Of a stretch of 64,000 bases of DNA, positions 25,937 through 38,709 are shown one piece after another (position 1 is the stretch's first letter; every line of letters begins with the position of its first letter). Both the position numbers and the translations under genes were made by a program. The notes beneath the pieces were generated by a model that was not told where the DNA came from, searched no databases, and saw only the letters and a list, made by a program, of their open reading frames with translations. This DNA comes from Octopus vulgaris. Lineage: Eukaryota. Location: the NCBI GenBank assembly GCA_951406725.2, contig OX597819.1, positions 87,482,001 to 87,546,000 on the forward strand, written 5' to 3'.

Positions 25937-26083
25937 TTCTAAGCAAACATCTTACTTTAGATATATATTCTCTCATTCTTGGTTCATTATGCCTAAAAAT
26001 AAGACGTGGTGATCATGGCTGGAATGTCTCAGATCATAGTGCTGAGCTAGAGCGAAGTAATAACCGTTTTAATATCCTGAACA

Positions 26084-26486
26084 GGCGCAGGAGTGGCTGT
26101 GTGGTAAGTAGCTTGCTTACCAACCACATGGTTCCGGGTTCAGTCCCATTGCGTAGCACCTTGGGCAAGTGTCTTCTACTATAGCCTCGACCCGACCAAA
26201 GCTTTGTGAGTGGATTTGGTAGACGGAAACTGAAAGAAGCCCGTCGTATATATGTATTTGTATATATGTATGTGTGTGCGTTTCTGTGTCTGTGTTTGTC
26301 CCCCCAACATCGCTTGGCAACCGATGCTGGTGTGTTTACGTACCCGTAACTTAGCAGTTCAGCAAAAGGATCCGATTTGTACTAGGCTTACAAAGAATAA
26401 GTCCTGGGGTCGATTTACCATACTAAAGGCGGTGCTCCAGCATGACCGCAGTCAACTGACTGAAACAAGTAAAAGAGTAAAGAGTG
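26084..26486 (+). mobile_element. Full-length tRNA-derived SINE (family A, CORE-like)
   Basis: A box tggctgtgtgg, B box ggttcagtcc, CORE-like ccttgggcaagtgtctt, internal TA/TG tract, AAAGAGT tail. More than 12 relatives in the window (e.g. 3566, 6345, 8020, 17185, 33985, 38578, 48843, 49865, 56752). Confidence 0.9.
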
Positions 26487-27193
26487 TAGAATAGTTCAAA
26501 GCTATTTTCAAATTCATATCAGGTGCACTGAACATGTTGAGTTATTCTAAGTTCTACAACACATATACATTTACACGTACACAGGCAGGTTCTCGCTGTT
26601 GAAATCAGCTGACAATAGGTATAAAGATTTTAACAAAAGAATTTAGAGCTGTTGACAGAAAAGTGAATTTGAGGTTATTTGGACCGACCGATGAATGGAT
26701 AAACCAAATTAGAAGTATCAGTAAATGTAAAAATAGGAGACATAAAAATAAGAACAAAGATTATATATATATATATATATATAAGATCAAAGTTATGAAA
26801 CAAAATGGTTCGTTTGAATGTTTGAAGGAGAGAGGGAGAGTAGGGGGTGAATATGTTTGACACGTTTGTCTTTGTGATTAGTCTTTCCTTGCCTATTATA
26901 ATGGGTTAGATTAGGTTTGTTTACATGGACCTCAGAAAATTCGGGACAAATCTTGCACACCTGGAGGTACTTACTTCCTATCCTGTAGCCCTTTAGAATT
27001 TAAAAATATAACAGCGCAGAGATTTTGAATTCTTACACGTTTAGCCTCGATTATTTGCTAATGTTAATTTTTGCTAACTTGTTTGACACGAGACATGCAT
27101 TTGTTAATCCAGTGTAGTCTTTTTCGGTTGTCGGTATTTTGTTTTAATGACTGTCTTGTCCAAACGTTTGTCATTCTAATTTCATCATTACCG

Positions 27194-27241
<48 letters not shown>

Positions 27242-30209
27242 CATACACACACAGGCAATCATTAAAAACCAAATAAGACACATTTTTCCATCTCAATAGG
27301 GTTATATGGAGGCAAAAATGATAGGTAGGTTCGTTAAGACCAGAGATAACACAACACCACTTTCCCTCCTTCTTTCGTCATTCTCAAACGAAGGACAAGG
27401 TTCAAAACGTTAGATCCAACCCGACCCCACGGAAAATAAACGAATTTTCTGTTCTTAAACTATTAGAAATAGTTTCATCTTACCCTTATCACATTCTCTT
27501 CTTGTTTTAAAGGGTCGAGAACATAATTGGATAATGCAATCATAACTACCTTCTCTAGATAATTCAAAACCGCGTGTCCGTGTTAGAAATTATTATATAA
27601 AGTACGAAGGTGCTGAAATGGCAGAATCATTTGCACGCTTGACTTAATACTTAGAAGCATTTCTTCTGGGTTTATGTTGAGGTCGGCTTTACTTTTCATC
27701 TTTTTGAGTGTCTATAAAATAAGTTCCAGTTGAGCACTGGGATTGATGTAAACGACAAACCCCTCTCCTAAATTCTTGGCCTTGTGGACAAAATTTGAAA
27801 CCATTAAAGGCGGCCAGCTGGCAGAATCGCGAGCGCGTTGGACATAATGCTTCACGGCATTTCTTCTGGGTTTATATTCCGAGTTCAAATACTGCCGAGG
27901 CCGACTTTGCCTTTTATCCTTTTGGAGTTGATAAAATGAGTACCAGTTAAGCCCTGAGGATGATGTAATCAACTAGCCCTCCTAAGAAAACTTCAGGTTT
28001 TGTGTTTATAGTCGAAAGAATTATAAAGGCGCACACATAGCTTAGCAGTGATGTCGCTTTGGCTTCGTGGCACCGAGGGTGAGTATCTATCATCATTACC
28101 TCGGATTATTCAATGCTTTGTGAGTGAAATTTGTTAAACGGAAACTGTGCCGAATCGTATTCGCGTAATGTAGCACTTGAACATCTATTTAATTTATATT
28201 GACCATAATACTTGACTGGTATTTCTTTTTATTGATCTCCGAAAGATGAAACTGAAGGTTAATCTCGGCGAAATTTGAATTCAGAACTTAAAAGCGTTTA
28301 ACAAAATATTACTTCTATCCAACGCTCTAACGTCTGCCAAGCCACCGTCCTCTTATAATGATATATAAATGCCAATGAAGGGTTCTGTCTGGCGCGCTAA
28401 CAATTCTGCCAGCTCGCTGCTCAATGAAACCTAGTAATATTGGTTTCAAATTTCAGCACAAGGCCAGCAATTCCGAGAGAGAGACAAGTCGATTACATCG
28501 ATCCTAGCATTCAACGGGTACTTATTTTATCCACCTCGAAAGAATAAAAGGCAAAGTCGAGCTCAGTGGAATTCGAACACAGAACATAAATGACAGACGT
28601 AATGCCGCTAAGCATTTTGCCCGACGTGTAAACAATTCTGCCAGCTTGCCGCCGTCTTGAAATCTAGTATTATTGAAACCTAATAAGTATTTCTCAAATT
28701 AGGGTAATTCCCTACCAAATGTAGGTTTCCACTTCAGTGGACTCTTGAAGGTCAACAGGTACTTTTCATTTATTTCATTGTATTCTCCATAACACAAAAA
28801 AAAACATTAAGAAAAGAAAGTATTTTGTTGTATCAACTACCGGAATTAATTGCTAAACAGAGAGACAACCAGAAAGCCTCTACAGCACTAGTCTCCTAGC
28901 AAATATCTATGTGAGCTGTTTGACAAAGTCCTTTGAACAATGAATATATACTTCAATAAGAGTTGTACGTCACAGATTGGAGACGACTTCCTATTGGTCA
29001 GAAAACTATACATACAAAAGTATTGATAACATCTAAATATAAGAGGGTTCAGTAAGGACTTTTGAAACTCCCGAGATTTGGCAGACATGCTACAGGTGAG
29101 AAGAGTCAGCAACTCGAAGTCAAATTTTGGATGGGCGTTCTGTCGAACATGGTAAGTTGTCAGATAAAGTGAAACTGCACTAAATCAAAGTGAAAGATAA
29201 AGAAATAATCGTTAATAATCGGCAGTGCGTTTTGTTCAACACACGCAGAGCGTTTACTTTGTACATCTCAATGCCCCAGCACTTCACACAAATACAAGAG
29301 GAGCACTTCAGAGAATTTATTGAAAATGAATTTACGCGTGTTTATTTTGCGAACAGAACGTTTTCACAACATACAAGAAATACACAGTTTGCTATAAACA
29401 ATTACTCGTTTACCTTTCATTTTGGTTCAGCGCAGTTTGTTTCACATGAGCAAGATTCGAAAGATCGCTCCTGATTGAAACTAATTCAAAACATTTTCTC
29501 ATCTTATTGGAGCTCTCTGTGCATGTGAGAAATCATTATTTCTAGTACTGAAGGCAGCGAGAGCAGACAAAATCGTTAGTACACCGGACTAAATGTTTAA
29601 TCCTGTGTACCACATAGAACACACAAGACATTATTTCACTGGACATTATTTCCATGCATCATGTATGTTACACATTCCCATTTTTTTCCCCATTACAACA
29701 ACCTGGGATTTATGAAGAAGAAAAGTTTATATTACTTAGAATGTGTAAAGGAAGGGTTAAAAGTCTGAAAACAAGCATGGACGTTTGGGATAAACTTACA
29801 GAAATGCTCTGGACAGGCAAAGAATTAAATTAAATATTTCGTCATAGAATAGCCTTTCTCGGAGACCAAAAGAAAATAAATAAAATCCAATAATGGTGAA
29901 ACATTAGATGTCCTCAACTAAATATGTGTATCCTAATAATTGTATTCTTCCTCTCAGACCAATATTTGCGAAATGAAAACCCCCTAACTTCGCCGTATTG
30001 AGAAGATATGTTTTAACAATTTGATACTATCTTACAACAAGCAAATTAGCTACTTACGAAATCTCTGTAAGAGATAAAAGCAGTAACTATACTGAGAAGT
30101 AATATTTATCGTCACGTAAATACGGCTGTTCCGTAGGAACCGACGTTACTGCTATTTTTAACCCTAGGAGGACGCCTCCTCCAGCTGGTTATTTGATGCA
30201 ATCAGTATC

Positions 30210-30680
30210 CTATTTCTTTACTACCCACAAGGGGGATAAACACAGAGGGGACAAACAAGGACACACAAACGGATTAAGTCGATTATATCGACCCAGTGCG
30301 TAACTGGTACTTATTTAAACGACCCCGAAAGAATTTAAAGCAAAGTCGACCTCGGCGGAATTTGAACTCAGAACGTAGCTACAGACGAAATACTGCTAAG
30401 CCCGGCGTGCTAACGTTACTGCCAGCTCGCGGAGAGTGAACTCCTACCATCTCCCAACCGCAATATTCTCTTAATACTTTTTTAGTACCACAGCGCCGGG
30501 AAAATTGCTTAGCCGCATTTCTTCCGACTTTACATTCTGAGTTCAAATACCGCCGGGACCGACTTTGCTTTTCATCCTTTCGGGGTCGATAAATAAGTAC
30601 CAGTTGAGCACTGGGGTCGATTTAATCGACTTACTCCTTCCCCTGAAATTACTGGCCTTGTACCAAAATTTGAAACCAAT
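30210..30680. mobile_element. Divergent inverted pair of family B SINEs
   Basis: Minus copy ~30210-30430 and plus copy ~30490-30680. Confidence 0.8.
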
Positions 30681-31098
30681 ATTTCTATAGTGCCAATAAA
30701 TGCGTTCAACGTATTATTTATATTACATATTTTCTCATTCCTTTCTTGGAAAAAATCAAGCTTTCTGATCGCGCGAACAACCCGATCTTAAAATCTAATA
30801 AAGAATGTATTTGTAAATACATAGCAGTTTTAACGATTCATTTAATCCCCTTTTTGTACAGTTAATGAAATCAAAGATTTGTCATGGATCTCCAGCCTGG
30901 TCACTGTTGTTTTATCAGAGATCCACAAATCAAATCTCATTTAACTATATGCAAACAATTTTCTAGAATCTGTTGATTACCGTCTACGAAGTCTCTTGAT
31001 TTGCTAGAAATAACAGCCAAGTCTTCCTCAAATCATACAACCAGTTAAATTACGAAAGGGAGATATATAATTAATGGAGTTTCATTAATAGAGTTTAG

Positions 31099-31509
31099 GG
31101 ATCTTTTCGGTTTGAACGGCAGTTTTTTCTAGCGGTGTCATATGAAATTGTCACCCATAATTATGACCCTAGTATCGATCTTATTGCATTTCAGTCTGCT
31201 TTAGGGTTAGGGGGTGGGAAGGGTATCTTTTTTTTCTTCACAAATGTAAATAAACCCAATCTGTTTCTTAAACGAGGGACAAATTCATACGGCTCAGAAT
31301 GTTTTTTACCTCAATGGACGTCATTGATTGGTTGAAATTGCAGAATTTGAAGAAAAAAAACAACAAATATCTTACAAACTATAGAATTTTCTCAATAAAG
31401 CCAAGAGAAAAAGATGTTTTATAAACACATTCTACCAGTATATGACGTTTAAAATTTTTTAGTTACCTAGAAATTATGTTTAAAACTGCCCTTCAAACCG
31501 AAAAGATCC
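31099..31509. mobile_element. MITE with GGATCTTTTC termini and 8-bp TSD (Merlin- or hAT-type)
   Basis: TIR ggatcttttcggtttgaacggcagtttt; TSD gagtttag/gagtttat; internal ttagggttaggg. Confidence 0.85.
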
Positions 31510-33639
31510 GAGTTTATAGTAGGATTAACAAGGTAAGTATATCGGGTTTGTTAGAGCAAATTTTAAAAAAATAAATTGAAAAAAGTTATAAAGGACAGAC
31601 GCAGGCAGACCAGAGAGCAAATCTATCAGAGAAGGAAGGAAAAGAATTAAGTTGTTTAACCCCAGATTAACCCTGATCGAGCAGATAGACCTATGATTAA
31701 AAAACATTCCAACTGTGATCTCCGTGGAGAGTCTCATCGTGACTCGTATATGAATGATTTAAATGCGACAAATTGAGGAAAGAAAGCAAATGAAGAAGAT
31801 CAAAACAGGAAGCGAAAGGGAGAGAGGTCGAGAAATGTCCTGATGAAATAGGATAAGACGTGATAAACAAAATTACACTAACATAAATCAAGATGCTAGA
31901 CAAACAATTTTAAATATGACACCGAAATATCAAATTTACAGTATATAATCTGGTATTTTTTTTCCTGTCGATTTACGTATATAAAATAATGTGTACCTCC
32001 ATATCCATATCCAGTTACTTGGCCTTTCATTTAATTCATATGTAATATATAGAGTTAAGAGACTAACTTTTATTTGTTAGTTTTCTCTAGTAAGTTAGTT
32101 TTAACGCATGACCAAACTTGCCGAGCAAATGAAACGCTTTATATATTTCTTATGTATGTGTCAATACATTTCCGTGCGTACGAGTGAGCATAACAGAGAT
32201 ATTTGAGAGCACTAGAAGCGGAAACAAACCTCTGCATACGTCAGAAAAAAATGATTGTGCTTACAACCATAAATTTTGTAACAATGAATATATGGCGTAG
32301 TATTCAGCTTTTACTTGTAGTCTTAAATTTGAATAATTTCTTTTGTCCCTGCAGTTATTTTGCGTCTATATCAGATATATCCAATATTTCTCAAATCATA
32401 CTAACAAGGGATTTGCAGAATTTGGTAAAGCTGAACTAAACTAGGAAAAAAAGTGTTGAAGGACTGAAAATGTGTCAACACAATTTGCAAAAACTTCTCT
32501 GATAAGAGACATTACTAGAGCGCTTTTGCTCTGACATCGTAGTTATTTCTCAGTTATGAGTGCTGCACTCCTTGAGCTCTTCTTGTTCACTAATACCTGT
32601 TTTCATCCATCACTATTGCCTATGTAATTTATCAACTGTTTGGTCTACTTGGCTCTCTTGAAATTTCAGGTCTAAAGAATGTGTATCATTTTTTTCTAAA
32701 GTTGTTGTTTAGGCAGCCCCAGTTATCAGCCTTAAGTTGACACTCTCACCATTATTCAAAGGCGTTCCAAACATGATCATCATCACTTGAATATTGCATA
32801 TCTGGGCTTACATTATCCAACGCGAGTCTCACACTATTGAAGAATTTTAGAATGTGGAATAAAAAAATTCAGTTGCTACTTCTGGTAGATTTGAATGAAC
32901 AAGTCTTGTGCTTTGTCTTTTGATTAAACCTTCAAGCAGAACTCACTGGCATTCGTAAAAGAAAGCATATTCGATGAAAATTCTGCACCAGAGCAAAAGT
33001 GGCAGACAGTGCCTTCAAATGCAGTCACCACATGTGGGACTGTCACTCCTGTCTGGATCTCTACATCCACACTAGATGTCAACAAGGTCGAAATAAAACT
33101 CTCCAGTTACAGATCCATGGATTAACAGATACTACACACTTATGCTCCTTCTCTCTCATATGAGTGTGTATGTGAATGCACTCACGACAGTATCGAACAT
33201 TGAGAATGGATGCTCAACACGGTATTTGGTGTAATCCAGAGAAGTGAGTGTGTGAGTAAGTGCGTTCGTACGTGAGAGAGAAAAGGAGAGACTAAGGTGG
33301 TGAATTAGCAGAGCCAGAGTGTTGGATAGAATGCTTCAGCGTATTTGATGCAGTTCTCTGCGTATTTGATGCTCCGTGTTAAAATCCTATCAAAGCCCAC
33401 TTACCCTTCCTTCTTCCTAGGTCAAGAAAAAGTACGAATCTAGGGAGGTAGATTGTTGGAACTGTCAAGGAGTCGGGGTGAGATGTCCTGCGCTGTCTGT
33501 TCCGGCTTTTTGTGGGTTTGATAGCAATGCCAACAAACATGCTAAATCGGTAGCCTTTCCTGTCGATAAACATCATATAGCGCGGAGAGGAGACATACAT
33601 ATTTCAGCAGGCGGCTGCTAGCTTTCTTTTACCCACACA

Positions 33640-33847
33640 CGAAGAGGTACTGAAAAGTTCCTGGCTTTAAAGCTGTCGTGAAAGGGCTGGTTTGAGGCCC
33701 AGCCTTTCGAGTTCTTTGTACAGGGCTTAGAAAAACTGAATGACTAGCAGTTATCTGAAAAGGGAAATATGTTAAATAAAATAATAATTAACTGACCCTC
33801 CAGTATTTTCTTTTATATAATGCCAGGAACTTTTCGGTACCTCCTCG
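33640..33847. mobile_element. mariner-type MITE
   Basis: cgaagaggtactgaaaagttcctggc...gccaggaacttttcggtacctcctcg-TA; same family as 63391-63598. Confidence 0.75.
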
Positions 33848-34488
33848 TATATCTAGCCTATGCCTGAACATCCATACAGAGAAGCATGATCGACATTCAC
33901 GGGTGGAGGCCCTACATGAGGGGGCGAGTCTCGTACTCAGATCAAAGCAAGTAAGTTTAAAAATCAAAGCCATACCTTTATTTTTTATGTTTTACTTGTT
34001 TTAGCCATTAGACTGTGGCCAAGCTGGGGTACTACCTAGAAGAATTAGTCGAATGAATCGACCCCAGTGCTTTTTTAAAAGCCTGGTACTTATTCTATCG
34101 GTCTCTTTTGCCAAAACGCTAGAATATAGGGATGTAGACAAACCAACATCAGTTATCAATCAGTGGAGCTCGGGAACACACACACACACACACACTATAT
34201 ATATATATATATACGCGCGCGCGCGACGGACTTCTAGCGTTTTCGTCAACCAAATTAATCTACAAGAGATTGGTCAACCAGGGGCTACAGCAAAAGATAC
34301 TTGCCCAAGGTACTGCATTAAGGACAAAATTCGAAACCACGTATTAGCAAATCTAGCTTATTAAACCACACAGCTATGCCTTCATTTTCCAGCAGCCTCT
34401 TATAAAAATTAGAGATATGAATATCTTGTTAGTGCATCGTGGTGCAATCCAGTTAATATAACTCAAGCATGCATTCCTGCCGGAAATA

Positions 34489-34538
<50 letters not shown>

Positions 34539-36421
34539 GTATATATATATATATGTACATGTGAGTATCCATGCATGTAAAATCAAATATGAGAAAGGAA
34601 AGAGATAAATTTTAAGATTAAAAGATTAGGAATAGTACTTTTTTTTTTCTTTTTTATAAGCACAGATCCTGAGTTTGTAGCTTGGCTCTTGTGTCAGTTC
34701 TGATGGAACAAATTCATGATCAAAAGTGTTTCGGCCGCAACTTTTCCTTTTTTGCTTTGTTTTTCATAACGAAGTTAAATCTGGCTTCGTTTTTAGCAGA
34801 TCGAGTGAACACAAAGGCTCCCATCTTCAGTGACAAAGCTAGAGTGTATGCCGCCGGGGAAGCCCTTGAGTTTTCCGCCCCAGTACAGGATTATACAGCA
34901 GACCCCAAAGTGCTACACCCTAAAAGCGTCATCCGGGACGGATTCTCACGCACCTCGCTTCCCTCACTCCAGCCATGTTACTACATGTCATCGTTCCGAG
35001 AGCTGAATTGGATGATAGAAGCCCGCTTCGATGATTTTCGAGCTTTATAGTTTAAATCTGTCGTGTTAGTTTTAGATGAAAGACTGAGGAATATATTTTT
35101 AAAAAAAGTAACTGTATTGAATATTGGTTCCACATTTTGGCACAAGACCAGTCATTTCGGGAGTGCGAGGTAAACATTTTGTACAGCGTACTAACAGTTC
35201 TGCCAGCTCACCGCCCTAGCAGTATTAAATATTAAACGAATGTTCAGCTAATCAACTCTATTCACTTACTAGTTAAAAAAAACTGTTTTAAAATTCATAA
35301 ATACGTATTTTCGATGGAAATTTTAGCCAAGAAAATCGCAGCCTACGCCAACGCAATTTCTTTTATAAGTACGAAACCAAAGAATTACTGAAAAAGAGGA
35401 AATGGAAAGCTGTAGACCTAATACCAGTCTTACAAGCGCATTAGCAACGTGAGAGAATTGAGAATTGAAACTCGATTCGATGAAAATCTTACCGCTTGCC
35501 GTGCGTACCGAAGCAGATTTTATATAGTACTTAATGTAAAAAGGCATTTGGAACACGTGTCTATCACTTCACATGCTTAAATAGTTTATGTTATCTGATA
35601 AAAATTACGTCAAATTAACTTAACAAAGATGGTGAGATAGCTGAGTCGTTAGCACACCAGACAAAATGCTAAACAGCATTTCGTCAATCTTTGTTCTAAG
35701 TTCAAATTCCGACAAGATCGACTTTGCCTTTTATCCTTTCAGGGTCGATGAAAGAAGTACCAGTTGAGCACAGGTGTCGATGTCATCGACTAACACCCTC
35801 CCACCTTAAAAAAATATTCAGGTCTTGTACCTTAGCAAAAACGGTGACGTCCAAATACATCCATGGTATGAGATTTTGCGGCTGTCTTTCTAGATTGCCT
35901 TCAAGAACCCACAGTACACTGAGGTTAATTAAATCGTCTATATTTCCTATCTTACGACAAGAAATATAGAGAATTTAATTACTGTAAAAGCATCATATGG
36001 TGATACCTTGTCAAAAGACTCAATAATAATAATTGTTTCAAAAATAGGCATATAGCCTGAGATTTGGGAGAAAGGGTTAACTGAAACAGAGAATGGTTTC
36101 AGTACTTGATTGGTACTTTATTTTATTGGTTCCGTATTGATGGAAAGTAAAGCTGATCTCTGAGAGATTGACGTAGTGAACCGGAACAAAAACTGCAAAG
36201 CATATTTCTAGATGCTCTTACGATTCAGCCAATTCGTGCCCTCTTCAATAATAATGATAATCCTTTAATCTATAGGCACAAAGCCTGAAATTTTGCGGGA
36301 GGGAAGATGAAAGACAAATTCGACATCCGCTCAATTTGAACTCAGAACGTAAAGACGGACGAAATGCAGCTTAGCTTAGCTCGCCACCATCAACAAAAAT
36401 ACTAAAACTACTACTAATAAT

Positions 36422-36727
36422 TTTTTTTTATATGCGCCCTTTTCAAGCCTAGCCAGGCTTATGGGCCTGGTTTCTATGACGTATATGTTCCCTCCAGCTG
36501 GACGGGACGCCAGTCCATCGCAGCGTTACTCAAGAAACAGGCAGAAAGAGTTAGAGAAAGTTGGGGCGAGAGAGTACAACAAGGGTCGCCACCACCCCCT
36601 GCCGGAGCCTCGTGGAGCTTTAGGTGTTTTTGCATAATAAACACACACAACGCCCTCGTCTGGGAATCGAAACCGCGATCCTCCGACCACAAGTCCGCTG
36701 CCCTAACCACTGGGCCATTGCGCCTCC
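36422..36727 (-). mobile_element. Full-length tRNA-derived SINE (family C) with poly(A) tail and 12-bp TSD
   Basis: Head ggaggcgcaatggcccagtggttagggcagcgg...gtttcgattcc; 3' gcgatggactggcgtcccgtccag; TSD actactaataat at 36410-36421 and 36728-36739. Confidence 0.9.
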
Positions 36728-37561
36728 ACTACTAATAATAATGTATTTAATTGGCCACTGGGATCAAAGCCAGTAGGGATAAGTACAAGGATTTCATAGA
36801 AGTAAGTTAACAGGCCCTAGAAGCAAAGTCCCTATATATATCGTTTCATTCTTTTTGTTGAATTCTCGACGGAAGTAATGTTGTCCAACCCAAACATTAC
36901 TCTCGCAAAAATCTAAAGCCTTATCTCGTATCCATTTCAGCGGAGATGAGTGGGCTCTGCGCCAGATTCCATCATCTATTAGCAGGTAAGGTAACTAATG
37001 GAATACTTGTAATTCAAACTCTACATATCACACACATGTATATAAACACACTTAATAAGGCTATGCGTTAAGTACCACAAGTGCGTATATATACGTACGT
37101 ATGCAACGTTATGTATGCAACTATAATTCTATGAATGTGTGAGTAGGTGTTAGGGGAATATGGAAGTTTGTGCGTGTTGATTTGTATAGAACAAGAACAA
37201 AAAAAATTAATCCATTATGCGAAAAACAATGACCTCAATAAACAACCTGGAGTATACGTCCTTGGCAAAAATTTTCTTTTCTTTGTATCTATAAATACTG
37301 CGTAAAGCAACAAAATCTGACCTCAAGCAATTAATTTTTTTCTTGATCATTATATTTATTATACTTGTATAACTATATATTCTCATAATTACCGTCGGCT
37401 TCAGTGACGACTCTCCTTTTTCTATGAAGCCTATGACATTTTTTTTCTTTCACTGGTTTTCTACGCTATCTGAAATATGAATGTTCTTTTAGCAAGGCCA
37501 CAGACCACTGGTTGAAACAGGTGGGGGAGGGAGAGAGAGAAAGAGTGTGTGTGGTGTGTGT

Positions 37562-37928
37562 GGATCTTTTCCTTTTGAACGGCACATGTCAACACAATTT
37601 CTAGTTAACTAAACACTTTTAAACTTCGTATACTGGTAGAATGTGTTTATAAAACATCATTTTTTCTTGGCTTTATTGAGAAAATTCTATATGTTGTAAC
37701 ATATTTCCACTTTAATTTCAAGCATTTCGGCAATTTTAACCAATCGCTGACCTCCATTTGGGGTGAAAACATTCCGTGCTGTATGAATATGTCCCTCGTT
37801 TAAGAAACAGATTGGGTTTATTTACATTTGCGAAGAAAAAAAGATACCCTTCCCCCACCCCTAACCCTAAATCTAAAATAGTTAACTAGAAATTGTGTTG
37901 GCATGTGCCGTTCAAAAGGAAAAGATCC
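37562..37928. mobile_element. MITE related to 31099-31509, opposite orientation
   Basis: ~50-bp TIR ggatcttttccttttgaacggcacatg...; gtgtgtgt on both sides; shared internal body and ccctaaccctaa. Confidence 0.85.
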
Positions 37929-38423
37929 GTGTGTGTTTTACACTTTTACTAGAAGAGTGGGGACAGTGACTTCGATGTTTCGACCTGCTAACCTTCTTCG
38001 AACTGAAAGCTAGAAGACCGAAACTTCGAATTCACTGTCACTACTCACTCTTCCACTCTTCTAATAAAAGCGTAATGAATATGTGCTCTACAAAAAACAG
38101 TGAGTAATCCTTCAGTTTAAACTAAAATGATTTTCATTAGCGCTCGCCATGCAGCAGCGAGCTTAGCAGAATCGTTAGTACACGCAGACAAAATGCTTAG
38201 TGGCATTTCTCCCGGTCTTAACGTTCTGAGTTCAAATCAGTTTCATCCTATACAGATCTAAGAGCGTCATATTATAATGTGAGAACTTGATATTGGCAGG
38301 TAAAACATTGTTGAAGTTTGTAGCACAGTTTAAAAAGGTTACAAGACTTAGGCTTGCAACTGTCCGTTAAATCGCGTTGATATCACTAAATTCGTCTCCC
38401 ACAAGTGCATCGTTACGTGTGTG

Positions 38424-38472
<49 letters not shown>

Positions 38473-38502
38473 TAGAATATATATATATATATATATGTGT
38501 GT

Positions 38503-38538
<36 letters not shown>

Positions 38539-38709
38539 TGCATATTATATATATATATATATATATGTATATTAAACTTCTTTCAGTCATTTGACTCCGG
38601 CCAAGCATCACCTTTAGTCGAACAAATTGACCACAGGGCTCATTCTTTGTAAGCCTAGTACTTATTCTATCGGTGTCTTTACCGAAGTGCTAAATTACGG
38701 GGAGTAAAC

